Notes: generated from the sequence alone by a model not told the origin. Positions 26,806 through 36,626 are shown, numbered from the stretch's first letter. The stretch: 46,369 nt of DNA from a virus (IMGVR_UViG_3300012921_000005:1-46369), one strand, 5' to 3'. Translations and numbers: made by a program.

Positions 26806-27193
26806 GAACCCGCTCTTCACCATGCAGCCGCTGCCGCAGGCGCTCCCATGCCTGCTCAATCATGGCCTCCTCTGGCCACGGAAATGCGTTCAGTGGCTCA
26901 TCCGGCACTGAAGGCAACGGAACCGCGCCTCCCTGCGTGATGAAGTCTATGAACCGCGGCCCTTCCCCGTTCACCCAAACCTCACCCCAGATCCCGATCG
27001 GATCAAAGGCCACGATGTCAACACACGTATGCGTGCGCCGATATGCCATGGCATCGGCCCACGCCTTGCGCGGATCGTCATACCAAGCGGTTGGATTGAA
27101 CATGCCGCCGCCGGTCAAGCGGCTCGCATACGCAAACAGCAGGTAAAACGTCGCGTTGCGCAGCAGATCACCTTCAAGATCATCCGTCGTCAT
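26792..27193 (-). CDS. Hypothetical protein
   Basis: GAGGAGG RBS before ATG 27193. Confidence 0.7.
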   Translation of the reverse strand: MTTDDLEGDLLRNATFYLLFAYASRLTGGGMFNPTAWYDDPRKAWADAMAYRRTHTCVDIVAFDPIGIWGEVWVNGEGPRFIDFITQGGAVPLPSVPDEPLNAFPWPEEAMIEQAWERLRQRLHGEERVHDQR

Positions 27194-27560
27194 CCGCAAC
27201 CTCCTCGCCGGGGCCAAGCAGCTGCATGGACAGCAGCACCGACAGGCCGTCGGGGTAGCCCGCCGATACCATGAGGCTGTCGGGCGCGTCGTCGCAGGCC
27301 GCCGCCAGCGCGTTGGCGGCCTGCACCATCGCCCGCGAGGTGGCCACCGCGCGAGCCACGCGCACCGGGCCAGGGACCAGGAGCTCGGGCGGCAGCACGG
27401 CCCGCTTCGGTGGCGTACCACCGGCTTCGCGTGGTGGCGGTGCATCGGTCGTGGCACGCCGCACGGGGACGGCGGCGAGGGTCGTGCCGGCGGGGGCGAT
27501 GTGGCGCAGGGCCAGGCCGATCAGCAGGGCCGCCAGGCGGCCGCGGGCGTAGGCGATCAT
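27180..27560 (-). CDS. Hypothetical protein
   Basis: ATGA coupling, GAGG RBS. Confidence 0.6.
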   Translation of the reverse strand: MIAYARGRLAALLIGLALRHIAPAGTTLAAVPVRRATTDAPPPREAGGTPPKRAVLPPELLVPGPVRVARAVATSRAMVQAANALAAACDDAPDSLMVSAGYPDGLSVLLSMQLLGPGEEVADDDG

Positions 27561-27916
27561 GGGGTCTTCCTCTCAGGCGGCGACAGCGTGAGCCGCAGCG
27601 TGTCCCCATCAATTTCCATCGTTTCGATGATACCCACCGATCGCAAGGCGAGATCACCCGAGCCTTCACACAGATGGTCGCCGGGCAGCGGAATACACGC
27701 CGGCACGGGCGATAGCTCCACCTCAATGCGCGGTGGCCCAACCGGCTGCCGTATTGCAGGGTGCCGGCGCAGCGATAACAGGGTGAGCACCGTTGCAGTG
27801 TACGCACGCTGCCACCAGGACAGGCGACCCTGGCCCACTTGAAAATGCTGCCACCACAGGCGTGGGGACAACAACAGGCGTCGCCACCAGGGGCGCGGTT
27901 TTAGGCGAATAATCAC
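27557..27916 (-). CDS. Hypothetical Trp/Arg-rich protein
   Basis: GTGA coupling, GGGGAG RBS. Confidence 0.55.
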   Translation of the reverse strand: MIIRLKPRPWWRRLLLSPRLWWQHFQVGQGRLSWWQRAYTATVLTLLSLRRHPAIRQPVGPPRIEVELSPVPACIPLPGDHLCEGSGDLALRSVGIIETMEIDGDTLRLTLSPPERKTP

Positions 27917-28194
27917 AGTGGTGTCTCCCCCGGTTTTGGCACATACTCCGGCCAGTGCCACGAGTCCGGCTGCGTGCCAGTCGGATCGTAGGGGCAGTCG
28001 TCGAGCAGCCAGAGCACACTGCCCGCGTGGCTGCCGCGCTCGTTGATAATGTCCCACGGCTTGACCATGGCCAGCACGCACAGCCGCGCGCCATCCTGTG
28101 GGTCGATGATGTGCGCGGGGCGATGATGGCCCTCGTAGGTCACAATGTGGACCACGCGCCCGACGGCGGGCGTGTGGGGCATTGGTGGAGTCAT
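27913..28194 (-). CDS. Small phage protein (PxVGRVVH...WHWP type)
   Basis: Terminal motifs PAVGRVVH and SWHWP; coupled start. Confidence 0.7.
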   Translation of the reverse strand: MTPPMPHTPAVGRVVHIVTYEGHHRPAHIIDPQDGARLCVLAMVKPWDIINERGSHAGSVLWLLDDCPYDPTGTQPDSWHWPEYVPKPGETPL

Positions 28195-28475
28195 GCCTTC
28201 CTTCGCTTCTTCAGCTCGCGGCGATGCCGGCGCCCGGCAGCACCCCGCCCCGACGGGACCGGAATGCCGGCGCGGCGGGCGTTGCGCGCTAGCATCCGGC
28301 GGCCTGTTGCCAGCACAAAGGTGGCCTTAAACCCGCGCGTTGCATACGTCGTCGGAACAGCGGCCACGTTCGAGTCATTTCCTGCGGTGTTCAGCTCCCA
28401 CTCGACCGCCGGCAGGGCATGTGCCACGCCATCCTTGCCAACCCAGGTCAGACCCGTGCCAACGATGGTACGCAT
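28191..28475 (-). CDS. Hypothetical basic protein
   Basis: TAATG coupling. Confidence 0.6.
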   Translation of the reverse strand: MRTIVGTGLTWVGKDGVAHALPAVEWELNTAGNDSNVAAVPTTYATRGFKATFVLATGRRMLARNARRAGIPVPSGRGAAGRRHRRELKKRRKA

Positions 28476-28828
28476 TACCTTCCCTCACTCACCGGCCGGC
28501 GGCGCACCGCGCGGCGCACGGCCCGCTCGATAGCCTCCTGCTGCTGCTGGGCGAGCTGCGCCGCGTGCCAGTCGCCAGCCATGCGCACGGCCAGCGCCTC
28601 GGGCAGCCCGGCCTCGATCAGCGCCCGGAAGTAGTGCGCCGCAGCCTGGGCCATGTCGCTGAGCACGTCGTGCCGGTCGCGCTTGGGCGGCAGCGACTGC
28701 GCGGTTGTGATCACCGGCTCCACCGCAAGCTGGGTGATTCGGCCGACCACCATCCCGCCTGACCCAAGATGCACCTCGTCGCGGGGCATCGTCGGATCAA
28801 GCTGAACCGGGAGCTTGTGCCACTCCAT
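28475..28828 (-). CDS. Hypothetical protein
   Basis: Overlapping starts and stops with neighbours. Confidence 0.65.
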   Translation of the reverse strand: MEWHKLPVQLDPTMPRDEVHLGSGGMVVGRITQLAVEPVITTAQSLPPKRDRHDVLSDMAQAAAHYFRALIEAGLPEALAVRMAGDWHAAQLAQQQQEAIERAVRRAVRRRPVSEGR

Positions 28829-29069
28829 CGCCTACCCCCCCCTCATACGTGAAGCGCTGCTCGCCGCTCCATAGGATAATGTCGCCCTTCGCCGCGTAGG
28901 TCTGCACGCCGTTGTCGAGCTGGACCAGGAACAGCCGCTGGCCGCCCGGGATGGTCTGCATCTTCACCATCCCCGGCCGGTCGCCGGGCACGAGCTGCCC
29001 GCGCTGGCCCGCCCAGGGGTGGTCACCGCGCAGCTCGATGTAGTCCACCGACTCGGAGGCGTGGCCCAC
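28797..29069 (-). CDS. Hypothetical protein, possible SH3-like fold
   Basis: GTG start just after the portal stop; GAGGAGG RBS. Confidence 0.6.
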   Translation of the reverse strand: MGHASESVDYIELRGDHPWAGQRGQLVPGDRPGMVKMQTIPGGQRLFLVQLDNGVQTYAAKGDIILWSGEQRFTYEGGVGDGVAQAPGSA

Positions 29070-29070
29070 C

Positions 29071-30630
29071 TCAGGCCTCCTCCCGGATCGCCGCGGCCGC
29101 TCGCTGGTACTCGTCGCGCAGGTAGGCGACCAGCTCGCGCTCGAGTGCGGCCGCGATCGGGTCGGTTGACGCTGCCTTCAAGGCCATGGTCGCCAGCCGG
29201 CGCAGCTTGCGCGCCTTCGCCGGCACGTCCTCCGTGGCTGTCGCCGGGTCGCCATCGAGGGTGAGCAGCGGCTCGGCGTCGGCGGGTGCGCGGTCCACCG
29301 ACGCCCCGCCCTGCCCGCTAGGTGAGGCCCCGGCCGGGGTTTCGCCCTCCTCCAGCCAGGCCACCGGCTGCACGGCGATGCCGCGCAGGTAGTAGTCGCC
29401 CTGGGGGTCGCGGTCGAGGCCCACGATCTCGCGGAACTCGTTGAGCAGGATGCCGCCGGCCTTGAGGTTCTCGCGGGCGCGGGCGTGCTTGGCGTCCTCG
29501 TCCTCCTGGAGGGCCGCCACCTCGGAGGTGTCCCAGCGCAGGCGCACCGCCTCGCTCAGCACCCGCTCGCGCCCCTCGAACGCCTCCAGGAGGGTCATCG
29601 TGAGCCACGACAGGATGTCGCCCAGCAGCGGGTCGATGGTGAGGTCCCAGAAGCCAGCGTAGGCCTCCTTCAAATTGGAATAGGTCGCCCGCAGGAGGCC
29701 GGTGTAGGCGTAGACGATGAGCGGCGGCACGCCGAAGGCCATGCAGATGCGGCTCTCGCTCACCCCGCGCACCGTCTCGCTTTCCAGCTCGTCGAGCGCC
29801 GAGCCGACCTTCTGGTACGCCGCCTCCTCGTCGAGCACGGCCAGGTCGTGCTGCGTGCCGCTGCCCCGGCTGTAGGCCGCCCGCCAGCGCGCCTTGAGGT
29901 GGTCCACCTTTTCCTGGTCGAGCCGCTTTTTCACCGTCAGGATGCCCGACGGCACGCCGGCGTTGTTGAAGAAGGCGCGCACGTAGTCGGTCTGCGCGTC
30001 GTCGGAGTCGACGCTGCCAAGTGCTACCTCGGCGGCCGGCGGCTCCACCCAGCCCAGCGGCTCCCAGATCAGCAGCTCCTCGGGGGCGAACAGCACCCGC
30101 GTGGACCCGTCCCGCCACTCCCAGCCCGTGACCACCTGGTGGCCCTGGTCGTTGGCCCCGGCCACGTGGCGAAGCTTGCGCGGGTCGAGCGGGTTCAGGC
30201 CGATCACCGCCCCCGCCGGGCTCAGGAGCTTCTCGGCGAAGAACCGGCCGTAGATGTCGCGCGAGACGATGAAGGCGCGGAAGAAGGCGGCCATGTCCAT
30301 GTGGTCGTTGGGCCGGATGAGCAGGCGCCGCAGCGGGTGGCCCGCGATGGGCTCGTACGTGTCGGTGCCTGTGCGCTTCTCGACCACGAGCTGCGGCTTG
30401 GCCAGCGCGTTGCCCTTGGCCCGGACACAGGCGTAGACCAGCTCGTTGCGGCGCAGCGTGCGGCCCAGCGCGTCGGGGCTCGTGTCCGGGTAGCGCGGGC
30501 GCCCCTGGACGCCCATGCGCGGGCTGTCGGCGGCGATGATCGCCTTGGTCGCCGCCCCGTCGGGGCCCGCCCGCGAGGGGCGGCCGAAGGTGTCGGCCCG
30601 GGCGAGGATGTTCTTCATGGCACGGCTCAT
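29071..30630 (-). CDS. Portal protein (HK97-type)
   Basis: VYACV, FFNNAGVPSGIL, ICMAFGVPP, TYSN and NEFREIVGL motifs. Confidence 0.95.
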   Translation of the reverse strand: MSRAMKNILARADTFGRPSRAGPDGAATKAIIAADSPRMGVQGRPRYPDTSPDALGRTLRRNELVYACVRAKGNALAKPQLVVEKRTGTDTYEPIAGHPLRRLLIRPNDHMDMAAFFRAFIVSRDIYGRFFAEKLLSPAGAVIGLNPLDPRKLRHVAGANDQGHQVVTGWEWRDGSTRVLFAPEELLIWEPLGWVEPPAAEVALGSVDSDDAQTDYVRAFFNNAGVPSGILTVKKRLDQEKVDHLKARWRAAYSRGSGTQHDLAVLDEEAAYQKVGSALDELESETVRGVSESRICMAFGVPPLIVYAYTGLLRATYSNLKEAYAGFWDLTIDPLLGDILSWLTMTLLEAFEGRERVLSEAVRLRWDTSEVAALQEDEDAKHARARENLKAGGILLNEFREIVGLDRDPQGDYYLRGIAVQPVAWLEEGETPAGASPSGQGGASVDRAPADAEPLLTLDGDPATATEDVPAKARKLRRLATMALKAASTDPIAAALERELVAYLRDEYQRAAAAIREEA

Positions 30631-30917
30631 TCGTCAGCACCCCTTCCCAGATTGAAGCCCTCGGCCAGCGACCCCCACACGAAGCCCGCCACCCACGACA
30701 CCGGCCGGCCCACCACCCACCACACCACGCCCACCATCGCCCCCAGGAGGAGCCCCGGGAAGACCAACAGGTACAGCGCCCAGTCGCGCGGGGTCGTGGG
30801 CACGCCGCCGCCGACGAGCACCTGGCGCAGGGCCACCGCGACGATCACGGTGACGAGGACAACCACGGCGCCGCCGAGGGGGGTGTTGGGGTCGAGGGGG
30901 GGCATGGCACTCTCCAT
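30627..30917 (-). CDS. Small membrane protein (2-3 TM)
   Basis: Hydrophobic segments; coupled to both terL and portal. Confidence 0.6.
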   Translation of the reverse strand: MESAMPPLDPNTPLGGAVVVLVTVIVAVALRQVLVGGGVPTTPRDWALYLLVFPGLLLGAMVGVVWWVVGRPVSWVAGFVWGSLAEGFNLGRGADE

Positions 30918-32605
30918 CAGAAGTACACCCCGTCGCCGGGCAGGGCCTCGGCGGCGATGCGGTCGTAGATGCTGGCGTGGAACAGGTGGTCGGGGGCGGT
31001 GTGGGTCCACGTCGCCCGGCTCTGGCCCCGCTCGTCGGCCACGAGCACGCGCACGGGGGCGGTGAGGTGCGCGACCACCTCGCGGTCGTGCACCAGCCGT
31101 GCGTCCCAGCGCTCACCCTTGGGGTGCGCGGCCCCGCGGCTCAGGGCGGCGTACAGCGCGTCAGCGGCCATCGTGCGGTTGATGCTGATCAGCCCCTCGT
31201 CGTCGTCCTTGGCCCGCCACAGCGTGCCCTCCAGCGCCCGCTCGGTCGGGTACAGCGCCCGCAGCACCACGTCGGGGTGCTCGGCCTGCCAGGCCTGGCA
31301 GGCGTGCAGCTCGGGGTGGGCGTCGATCACGCACCGGCGCACGTCCCAGCGGCGCAGCAGCGCGGACAGGTCGGCCCAGGCGGGCGCGGCGCCGGCGTCG
31401 AGCACGTAGCGCTGGTCATCCACCCCTGACACCCCGCTCACGCGGTAGTGGAACTGCCCGCCCACGTCCACGCCCATCGTCACGTCGTGCCAGCGGCCGG
31501 CGGGCAGCGCGGCGGCGGCGTTGGCGACCATCACCGCGTCGACCTTGGCCCCCTTGGGCACGTGCGGCAGGCCCAGGTCGGAGCGGTAGGTCTCCGTGAC
31601 CACCATCGGGTCCGGGTCGACCAGCCGGGCGGCGATGGTGATGAGCGACACGAAGGGGAACCCGTACCACGGCACCCGGTAGCCGCGCGTGTGCGTCACG
31701 TCGGGGCGGAGCGGGCGCCAGCGCCCCGGCCCGCAGTGGTCGAGGGACGCTTCGCACTGGGGGCAGTGCACCGCCGCCGTGGCCGCCTTGACCCGGCCCA
31801 CGTCCCAGCGCTGCCAGGCCGTCCAGGGTGCGTCCCGGTCCTGGTCGTCGGACAGGCGCACCACGGCGGTGAACGGCAGCTCGTGCCAGCTGTCGCACGC
31901 GGGGCAGTGCACCTCCCAGACGCGCTGGTCGGTGCCGGCGTAGGCCAGGTCGATGCCCTGCCCCGGCAGCACGGGAGTGCCGAGGTCGAGGATGCGGCCC
32001 ACCGACGAGGCCCCCAGCCGCTTCTCGGCCAGCGCGCGGGCGCGGGGGTCCTGGCGGTCGAACTCGTCGCGGATGAGCACGTCGGCGCGGAAGGCGTGGA
32101 GGTCGTGCTCGGACTGGGCGCCGCGCATATACAGGTAGCTGCGGCCCACCTGCTTGAAGGTCACGTCGTCGTAGCCCGAGAACAGGCGGCGCAGGGTCTC
32201 CGACTCCGCCTTGAGCCCGGCCACGCGCTCCTTGGAGAAGTCGGAGACGGCCTGCTTGGTCGGGAACAGGTAGCCGACGTTCAGCCCGTCCTCGCCCGTG
32301 TCCCAGGCCTGGGCCCCCACGTCGAGGGCGAACATGGCCAGGTTGATCGCGTACTCCGACACCCCCCGCTGGGCGGCCTTGATGATGACGAGGTGCGGGT
32401 GGGCGTCGGCGTAGATCGCCTCCAGGGGCCGGAAGCGCGCGAGCGTGAACGGCCGCCCGCCCAGCCGGCGGTGCTGCAGCGCCCAGTCCAGCACCGTGCG
32501 CGGGGCGTCGGCCGCGGCCTGGTGGGCGCGGCGGCGCCGCTCGCGCTCCAGCCGGATGGCGGCGAGGGCGGCGGCGGGGGACACGCTGGCGGCCGCGGTG
32601 GTCAC
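30917..32605 (-). CDS. terL: Terminase large subunit, lambda GpA-like
   Basis: Walker A KAAQRGVSE, Walker B LIRDEFD, GTP coupling motif, CPAC/CPQC zinc motif, nuclease GVDVG and DHLFHA. Confidence 0.92.
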   Translation of the reverse strand: MTTAAASVSPAAALAAIRLERERRRRAHQAAADAPRTVLDWALQHRRLGGRPFTLARFRPLEAIYADAHPHLVIIKAAQRGVSEYAINLAMFALDVGAQAWDTGEDGLNVGYLFPTKQAVSDFSKERVAGLKAESETLRRLFSGYDDVTFKQVGRSYLYMRGAQSEHDLHAFRADVLIRDEFDRQDPRARALAEKRLGASSVGRILDLGTPVLPGQGIDLAYAGTDQRVWEVHCPACDSWHELPFTAVVRLSDDQDRDAPWTAWQRWDVGRVKAATAAVHCPQCEASLDHCGPGRWRPLRPDVTHTRGYRVPWYGFPFVSLITIAARLVDPDPMVVTETYRSDLGLPHVPKGAKVDAVMVANAAAALPAGRWHDVTMGVDVGGQFHYRVSGVSGVDDQRYVLDAGAAPAWADLSALLRRWDVRRCVIDAHPELHACQAWQAEHPDVVLRALYPTERALEGTLWRAKDDDEGLISINRTMAADALYAALSRGAAHPKGERWDARLVHDREVVAHLTAPVRVLVADERGQSRATWTHTAPDHLFHASIYDRIAAEALPGDGVYF

Positions 32606-32808
32606 GGATCGGGCACCTCCAACACCTGGGCCACGTCGCTGGCGTCGATCCAGTAGGTGTCGCCGTTCGCGTCCTCAACGCGGTAGCGCCGCCGGTCGCC
32701 AGCGAGCGACGCCGCAACCACGGCGACCTCGGCCCCGCTCAGGCCGCCCAGGTCCTCCACCGCGCGCAGGGCCACGCGCGCCCCAACCGGGATCTCATCC
32801 ATCGTCAT
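32602..32808 (-). CDS. Small SH3-like hypothetical protein
   Basis: IPVGARV...RYRVEDANGDTYWI; coupled to terL. Confidence 0.6.
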   Translation of the reverse strand: MTMDEIPVGARVALRAVEDLGGLSGAEVAVVAASLAGDRRRYRVEDANGDTYWIDASDVAQVLEVPDP

Positions 32809-32813
32809 TCCCC

Positions 32814-35800
32814 CTACCACCGCGGCCGGTGGTCGACGCTCACCAGGTCGATCGCCACCGCCGTGGTGCCGCTGTTCATCGAGATGTAGTTCGACACCCC
32901 GAGGAACGTTGACCCGCTCGGGAGATCCGTAGTCAGCGTACCCGCGGCCCGCGCCCCGGTGCCGATGTTGACCACCTCGTAGTGCACCGGCCCGGCGAAC
33001 GGGTCGGCCGCCAGGTGCAGCCGGTACAGGCTGCTGGCGTCGACCGGGAAGTCCGCACCCAGGTCAATGGCCGTGGCGGTGCCGGAGCTGTCGTTGTGCA
33101 TGATCCGCCACGTCGTCTGCGTCCGGTCAAAGGCCATGCCGATGATGTCGGTCAAGGCGCTCGGCTGCGTGCCGGCAATGATGCCCGAGGGCGCGCCGCC
33201 GCTCGCCGCCGCGCGCAGGCCGATAAAGGCGTTGGTCACACTGGCGACGACCACCCCCGTGCCGAACACGATCGCGTGCTCGAAGCCCCCGCGCCCGGCC
33301 GCCGTGCCGCGGTAGCACGTCAGGAGGCTGGCGCGAATATCGGCCAGGCTGGACGCCGTCGTGCCGCTGGCGTAGCGCTGGCGCACGGCGGCCGACAGCG
33401 GCAGGGCGGTCGTGTCGGGCGTGGGCCGGCTGACCGTCGTCGCCGTGGTGTTGACCCCGCCGCCGAGCACCGTGGGCGAGCTCGACGAGCCGGGGAGGAT
33501 GAGCAGGCGGCCGGCGTCCCAGAACGCCCGCTCCTGGGGCCGCGCGCTGCCGTCGGACGCCATCAGGTGCAGCGTCGGGCGCCCCGCGATCAGGGCCGGG
33601 TACAGGTCGACGCCCGCCACCGGGGCGGCGGGGGCGGCCACCGTCGGCAGGTTCAAGGTACCGTCGGGCGCGAACTGCGGCGTGTTGCTCGCCGTGTGCG
33701 TGATGACCACGCGCTTGGCGCCGGGCGAGAGGGTAACGGGCAGCCCGCCGTTGGACGAGCTGAGGACCGTGGTGCGGCTCAAGGCCCCCGAGCTGAGCAG
33801 TGTCCCGATGCCGACCTCCCACTCGGCGGCGTCACGGTCGCCGATGACGTAGGGGCAGGTGTCGCCCGCGTTGAGCACCGCGGCGAACGTCCGGTGGCCG
33901 GGCAGCGTGTCGCCAAGGACCAGGGCGGCCTGGCCCGTCGTCGCGGTGTACTGCCCGACTCGGTCGGCGATGACGTGCCGCCCGCCGACTGGGGTGCCGG
34001 GGTCCTCGCTCTTGTCGCCCGCCTGCACCGTGAGGCCCGTCGCGATGACGTAGGTGTTGCCCGCCGTCTCGGGGGTCACGCCGAGCTTCAGCGCCGGCAC
34101 GCGCACGCCGGTGGAGGGCACCTGGAGCACAAGGTCGTACAGGGTGGCGGGGTTGTTCGGGTCGGTGATGGGGACGTTGCCCGTCACCGTGATGAAATCC
34201 GTGTAGATCGTCGGCGGCATCCCGGGCAGGAGCGTCGAGAGATCGAGGCTCAGGGTCTGCGACCAGAAGATCACCCCCGCGCGGCGGAGCTGGATCTGCG
34301 GCAGGCGCGACTCGGGCATGGGGCCGTTGCCGACGTTCTGCCAGACGATCTGGAGGGGCGCGGTGTTGCCCAGCGCGATGGGCGCGGGGTAGCGGACGAC
34401 CTTGGGGTCGAAGCGGTAGCCGGCGTCGGTGTACTGCTGGAGGACGCGGGCCAGGTTCGTGGGGCCGTAGCTCGGGACGTGCGTATGGTTGATGCCGCCG
34501 ATAGAGTGGATGCGCATCCTCGGCACGTCGAGGGTGGCCAGCGTGATCTCGTTGGTGTCGGCGGGGTCCTCAAACGGCCCGAACCACTCGCACGACCGGA
34601 ACTCGTCGCGGCCGATCATGCGGTTTTGCAGGCGCAGCGAGCGGTTGAGCCGGAACTGCTGGAGCATGTACGGCACCGCGTCGCGGCCGAGCGCGAACTG
34701 CGAGAAGCCGATGATCTGGGGGTGGTTGAGCGCGTCCCAGAACATCAGCTCCTCGTCCGTGCTCTTCGTGTCCATCGCGTTGATCACAAACTTTTTGTTT
34801 GGGAACGCGTTTGGCATCGCGGTCACGACCAGGGTGCGTGTCGGGCCCGTCGGCACGTCGAGGCCCCAGTCGCCGGCCAGCTCGCCGTACTGCGCCCCGA
34901 TGCCCACGTCGAGCAGGCCGAGGCGGGGATCGTCCTTGAGCTTGACGCCGGGGCTTGTCTCTAGATTAGCGATGGCGTTGGCCAGCATCTGGATACGGCC
35001 GGACGTGCCGTTAGGGTGGAGGTGGTAGCTGTCATTCCAGTTCGGGTATTGCGCCGGCGACGAGATCGAGCCGCTGATGTTGAAGCGGCTCGACGCCATA
35101 TCGGCGGGCAGCGTGGCGGTGTTGCCCGGCACCGAGGTGCGCACCATGATCCAGCCGCGCTGGTTCGTGCCCAGGCTGTTCAGGAACGTGATAATCGGCG
35201 CGATGGTGTAGTTGCCGAGGGTGGGCTCTAAATTCCGCCACTCAAAGCCGACGCGCTTGTACTCGAAGAACTCGCCCGTGTAGCCCGGCACCGTCACGTT
35301 GAGGCCGAAGCCGCCGCGGTGCGGGTTGTCGATGCGTACCGAGAGCGCGGGGTTGGTGGGGGTGGCGGTCACCATCGCCACGCGCACCCCGCCCGTCACC
35401 GTGACCGTGCTGGACGTGCCCCAGGGACCTGGTGTGATGTCGTTCCAGGCCCGCACCCGATAGGCGTAGGTCGCCCCGTCCTGCACGTCGTAGTCGGGGT
35501 AGCTGGTGCCGGTGACCGCGCCATGGGCGGCCGGCGTGCCGCCGTTCTTCACCCGCTCGACCTCGTAATGGGTCGCCCCCGGGATGGCGATCCAGGTGGC
35601 CGTCACGCCCCGCACGCCGTCGACCTGGGCCGCGCCAACCATCGGCGCGGTCAGGGCCGCCGGGTAGAACGTGATGCGGATCGAGATATGCTCCGCCTCG
35701 CCGTCGGTTGAGGTGCCGGGGAAGGCGCCCGGCGAGCCGCTGGAGCTGTAGTTGATGGCGCCACGATAGCGATTGGCGTTGACCTGGCCGCTATAGGTGA

Positions 35801-36302
35801 TGAACTGCGCCCCGCTCGCCACGTTCTCGGTCCACACCCCGACGTGGTAGATGGTGTTAGCGGTGACGGGGATGGCCGTGGCCAGGTCGCCCCGCCACGC
35901 CGCCGATGCCCCGCTGCCAACGCTGAACTCCGCCCCGACGCCGGTGAGGGCGGAGGGGCGCGAGCCGGCGTTGTAGCTCTGCGTGTCGGCCGTGCCGATC
36001 TTGACGTGCCGGTCGGTCGCGTTCCCATTGTCCTGGTACAGCGCGAGCCGGATCTTCTGCGCGTTCGTGCCGCCCTTACAGAACGCCTCCAGCACGACCG
36101 TGCCCGCCCCCGGGGCCTTGAAGAACGGCCCGTAGCAGGTCATGCGCTGGGCCGTGAGCGTGGTCCAGAAGATGTTGCCGCCGAAGTAGGAGGGGTCAAC
36201 GTCGTAATCGTTGCCGTAGTAGACGACGGTCGGGGGCAGCGCCAAGCCGCCATAGCTCCACTCGTTGAAAGTACCCTGATTGCCGGTGGGGGTGACGGGC
36301 AT
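32814..36302 (-). CDS. Modular fibre/receptor-binding protein with FN3 and DUF4832-like glycoside hydrolase domains
   Basis: FN3 (YAYRVRAWN); NPHRG...GYRF...WQNVGNGP pattern; fibre-type domain ADRV..TATTG...WEVGIGT; lectin-like C-terminus. Confidence 0.65.
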   Translation of the reverse strand: MPVTPTGNQGTFNEWSYGGLALPPTVVYYGNDYDVDPSYFGGNIFWTTLTAQRMTCYGPFFKAPGAGTVVLEAFCKGGTNAQKIRLALYQDNGNATDRHVKIGTADTQSYNAGSRPSALTGVGAEFSVGSGASAAWRGDLATAIPVTANTIYHVGVWTENVASGAQFITYSGQVNANRYRGAINYSSSGSPGAFPGTSTDGEAEHISIRITFYPAALTAPMVGAAQVDGVRGVTATWIAIPGATHYEVERVKNGGTPAAHGAVTGTSYPDYDVQDGATYAYRVRAWNDITPGPWGTSSTVTVTGGVRVAMVTATPTNPALSVRIDNPHRGGFGLNVTVPGYTGEFFEYKRVGFEWRNLEPTLGNYTIAPIITFLNSLGTNQRGWIMVRTSVPGNTATLPADMASSRFNISGSISSPAQYPNWNDSYHLHPNGTSGRIQMLANAIANLETSPGVKLKDDPRLGLLDVGIGAQYGELAGDWGLDVPTGPTRTLVVTAMPNAFPNKKFVINAMDTKSTDEELMFWDALNHPQIIGFSQFALGRDAVPYMLQQFRLNRSLRLQNRMIGRDEFRSCEWFGPFEDPADTNEITLATLDVPRMRIHSIGGINHTHVPSYGPTNLARVLQQYTDAGYRFDPKVVRYPAPIALGNTAPLQIVWQNVGNGPMPESRLPQIQLRRAGVIFWSQTLSLDLSTLLPGMPPTIYTDFITVTGNVPITDPNNPATLYDLVLQVPSTGVRVPALKLGVTPETAGNTYVIATGLTVQAGDKSEDPGTPVGGRHVIADRVGQYTATTGQAALVLGDTLPGHRTFAAVLNAGDTCPYVIGDRDAAEWEVGIGTLLSSGALSRTTVLSSSNGGLPVTLSPGAKRVVITHTASNTPQFAPDGTLNLPTVAAPAAPVAGVDLYPALIAGRPTLHLMASDGSARPQERAFWDAGRLLILPGSSSSPTVLGGGVNTTATTVSRPTPDTTALPLSAAVRQRYASGTTASSLADIRASLLTCYRGTAAGRGGFEHAIVFGTGVVVASVTNAFIGLRAAASGGAPSGIIAGTQPSALTDIIGMAFDRTQTTWRIMHNDSSGTATAIDLGADFPVDASSLYRLHLAADPFAGPVHYEVVNIGTGARAAGTLTTDLPSGSTFLGVSNYISMNSGTTAVAIDLVSVDHRPRW

Positions 36303-36320
36303 ACGGTCCTCGCTATCGGG

Positions 36321-36626
36321 CTAATCCTGGCCGTCGTCGGCGTCGAGCCCAAGCGCCAGGAGCAGCCGGCGGAGCGCCTGGAGCACGCGCTCCTCGCGGC
36401 CAAGCATCCGCGCGATAATCGGGCGCATGGCGGCGAGCGTCGTGGCGGCGGCGAGGGCATCCTGGTCGTCGCTGTTCTGCTTTAGGCCGTTGCGGAGCAG
36501 CGGTCGTACCCCGCGCAGGCCATTGGCGGCGGTCTCCAAGCGGACCTGCTCGTCGGGGATGGCGTCGATCAGGGTGTCGACGAGCTGGCCGTTCTGGTAC
36601 ACCTGGCGGGAGCGGTTCGCCGGCAT
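36321..36626 (-). CDS. Small protein, possible fibre chaperone
   Basis: GAGG RBS; lies between the two fibre genes. Confidence 0.6.
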   Translation of the reverse strand: MPANRSRQVYQNGQLVDTLIDAIPDEQVRLETAANGLRGVRPLLRNGLKQNSDDQDALAAATTLAAMRPIIARMLGREERVLQALRRLLLALGLDADDGQD

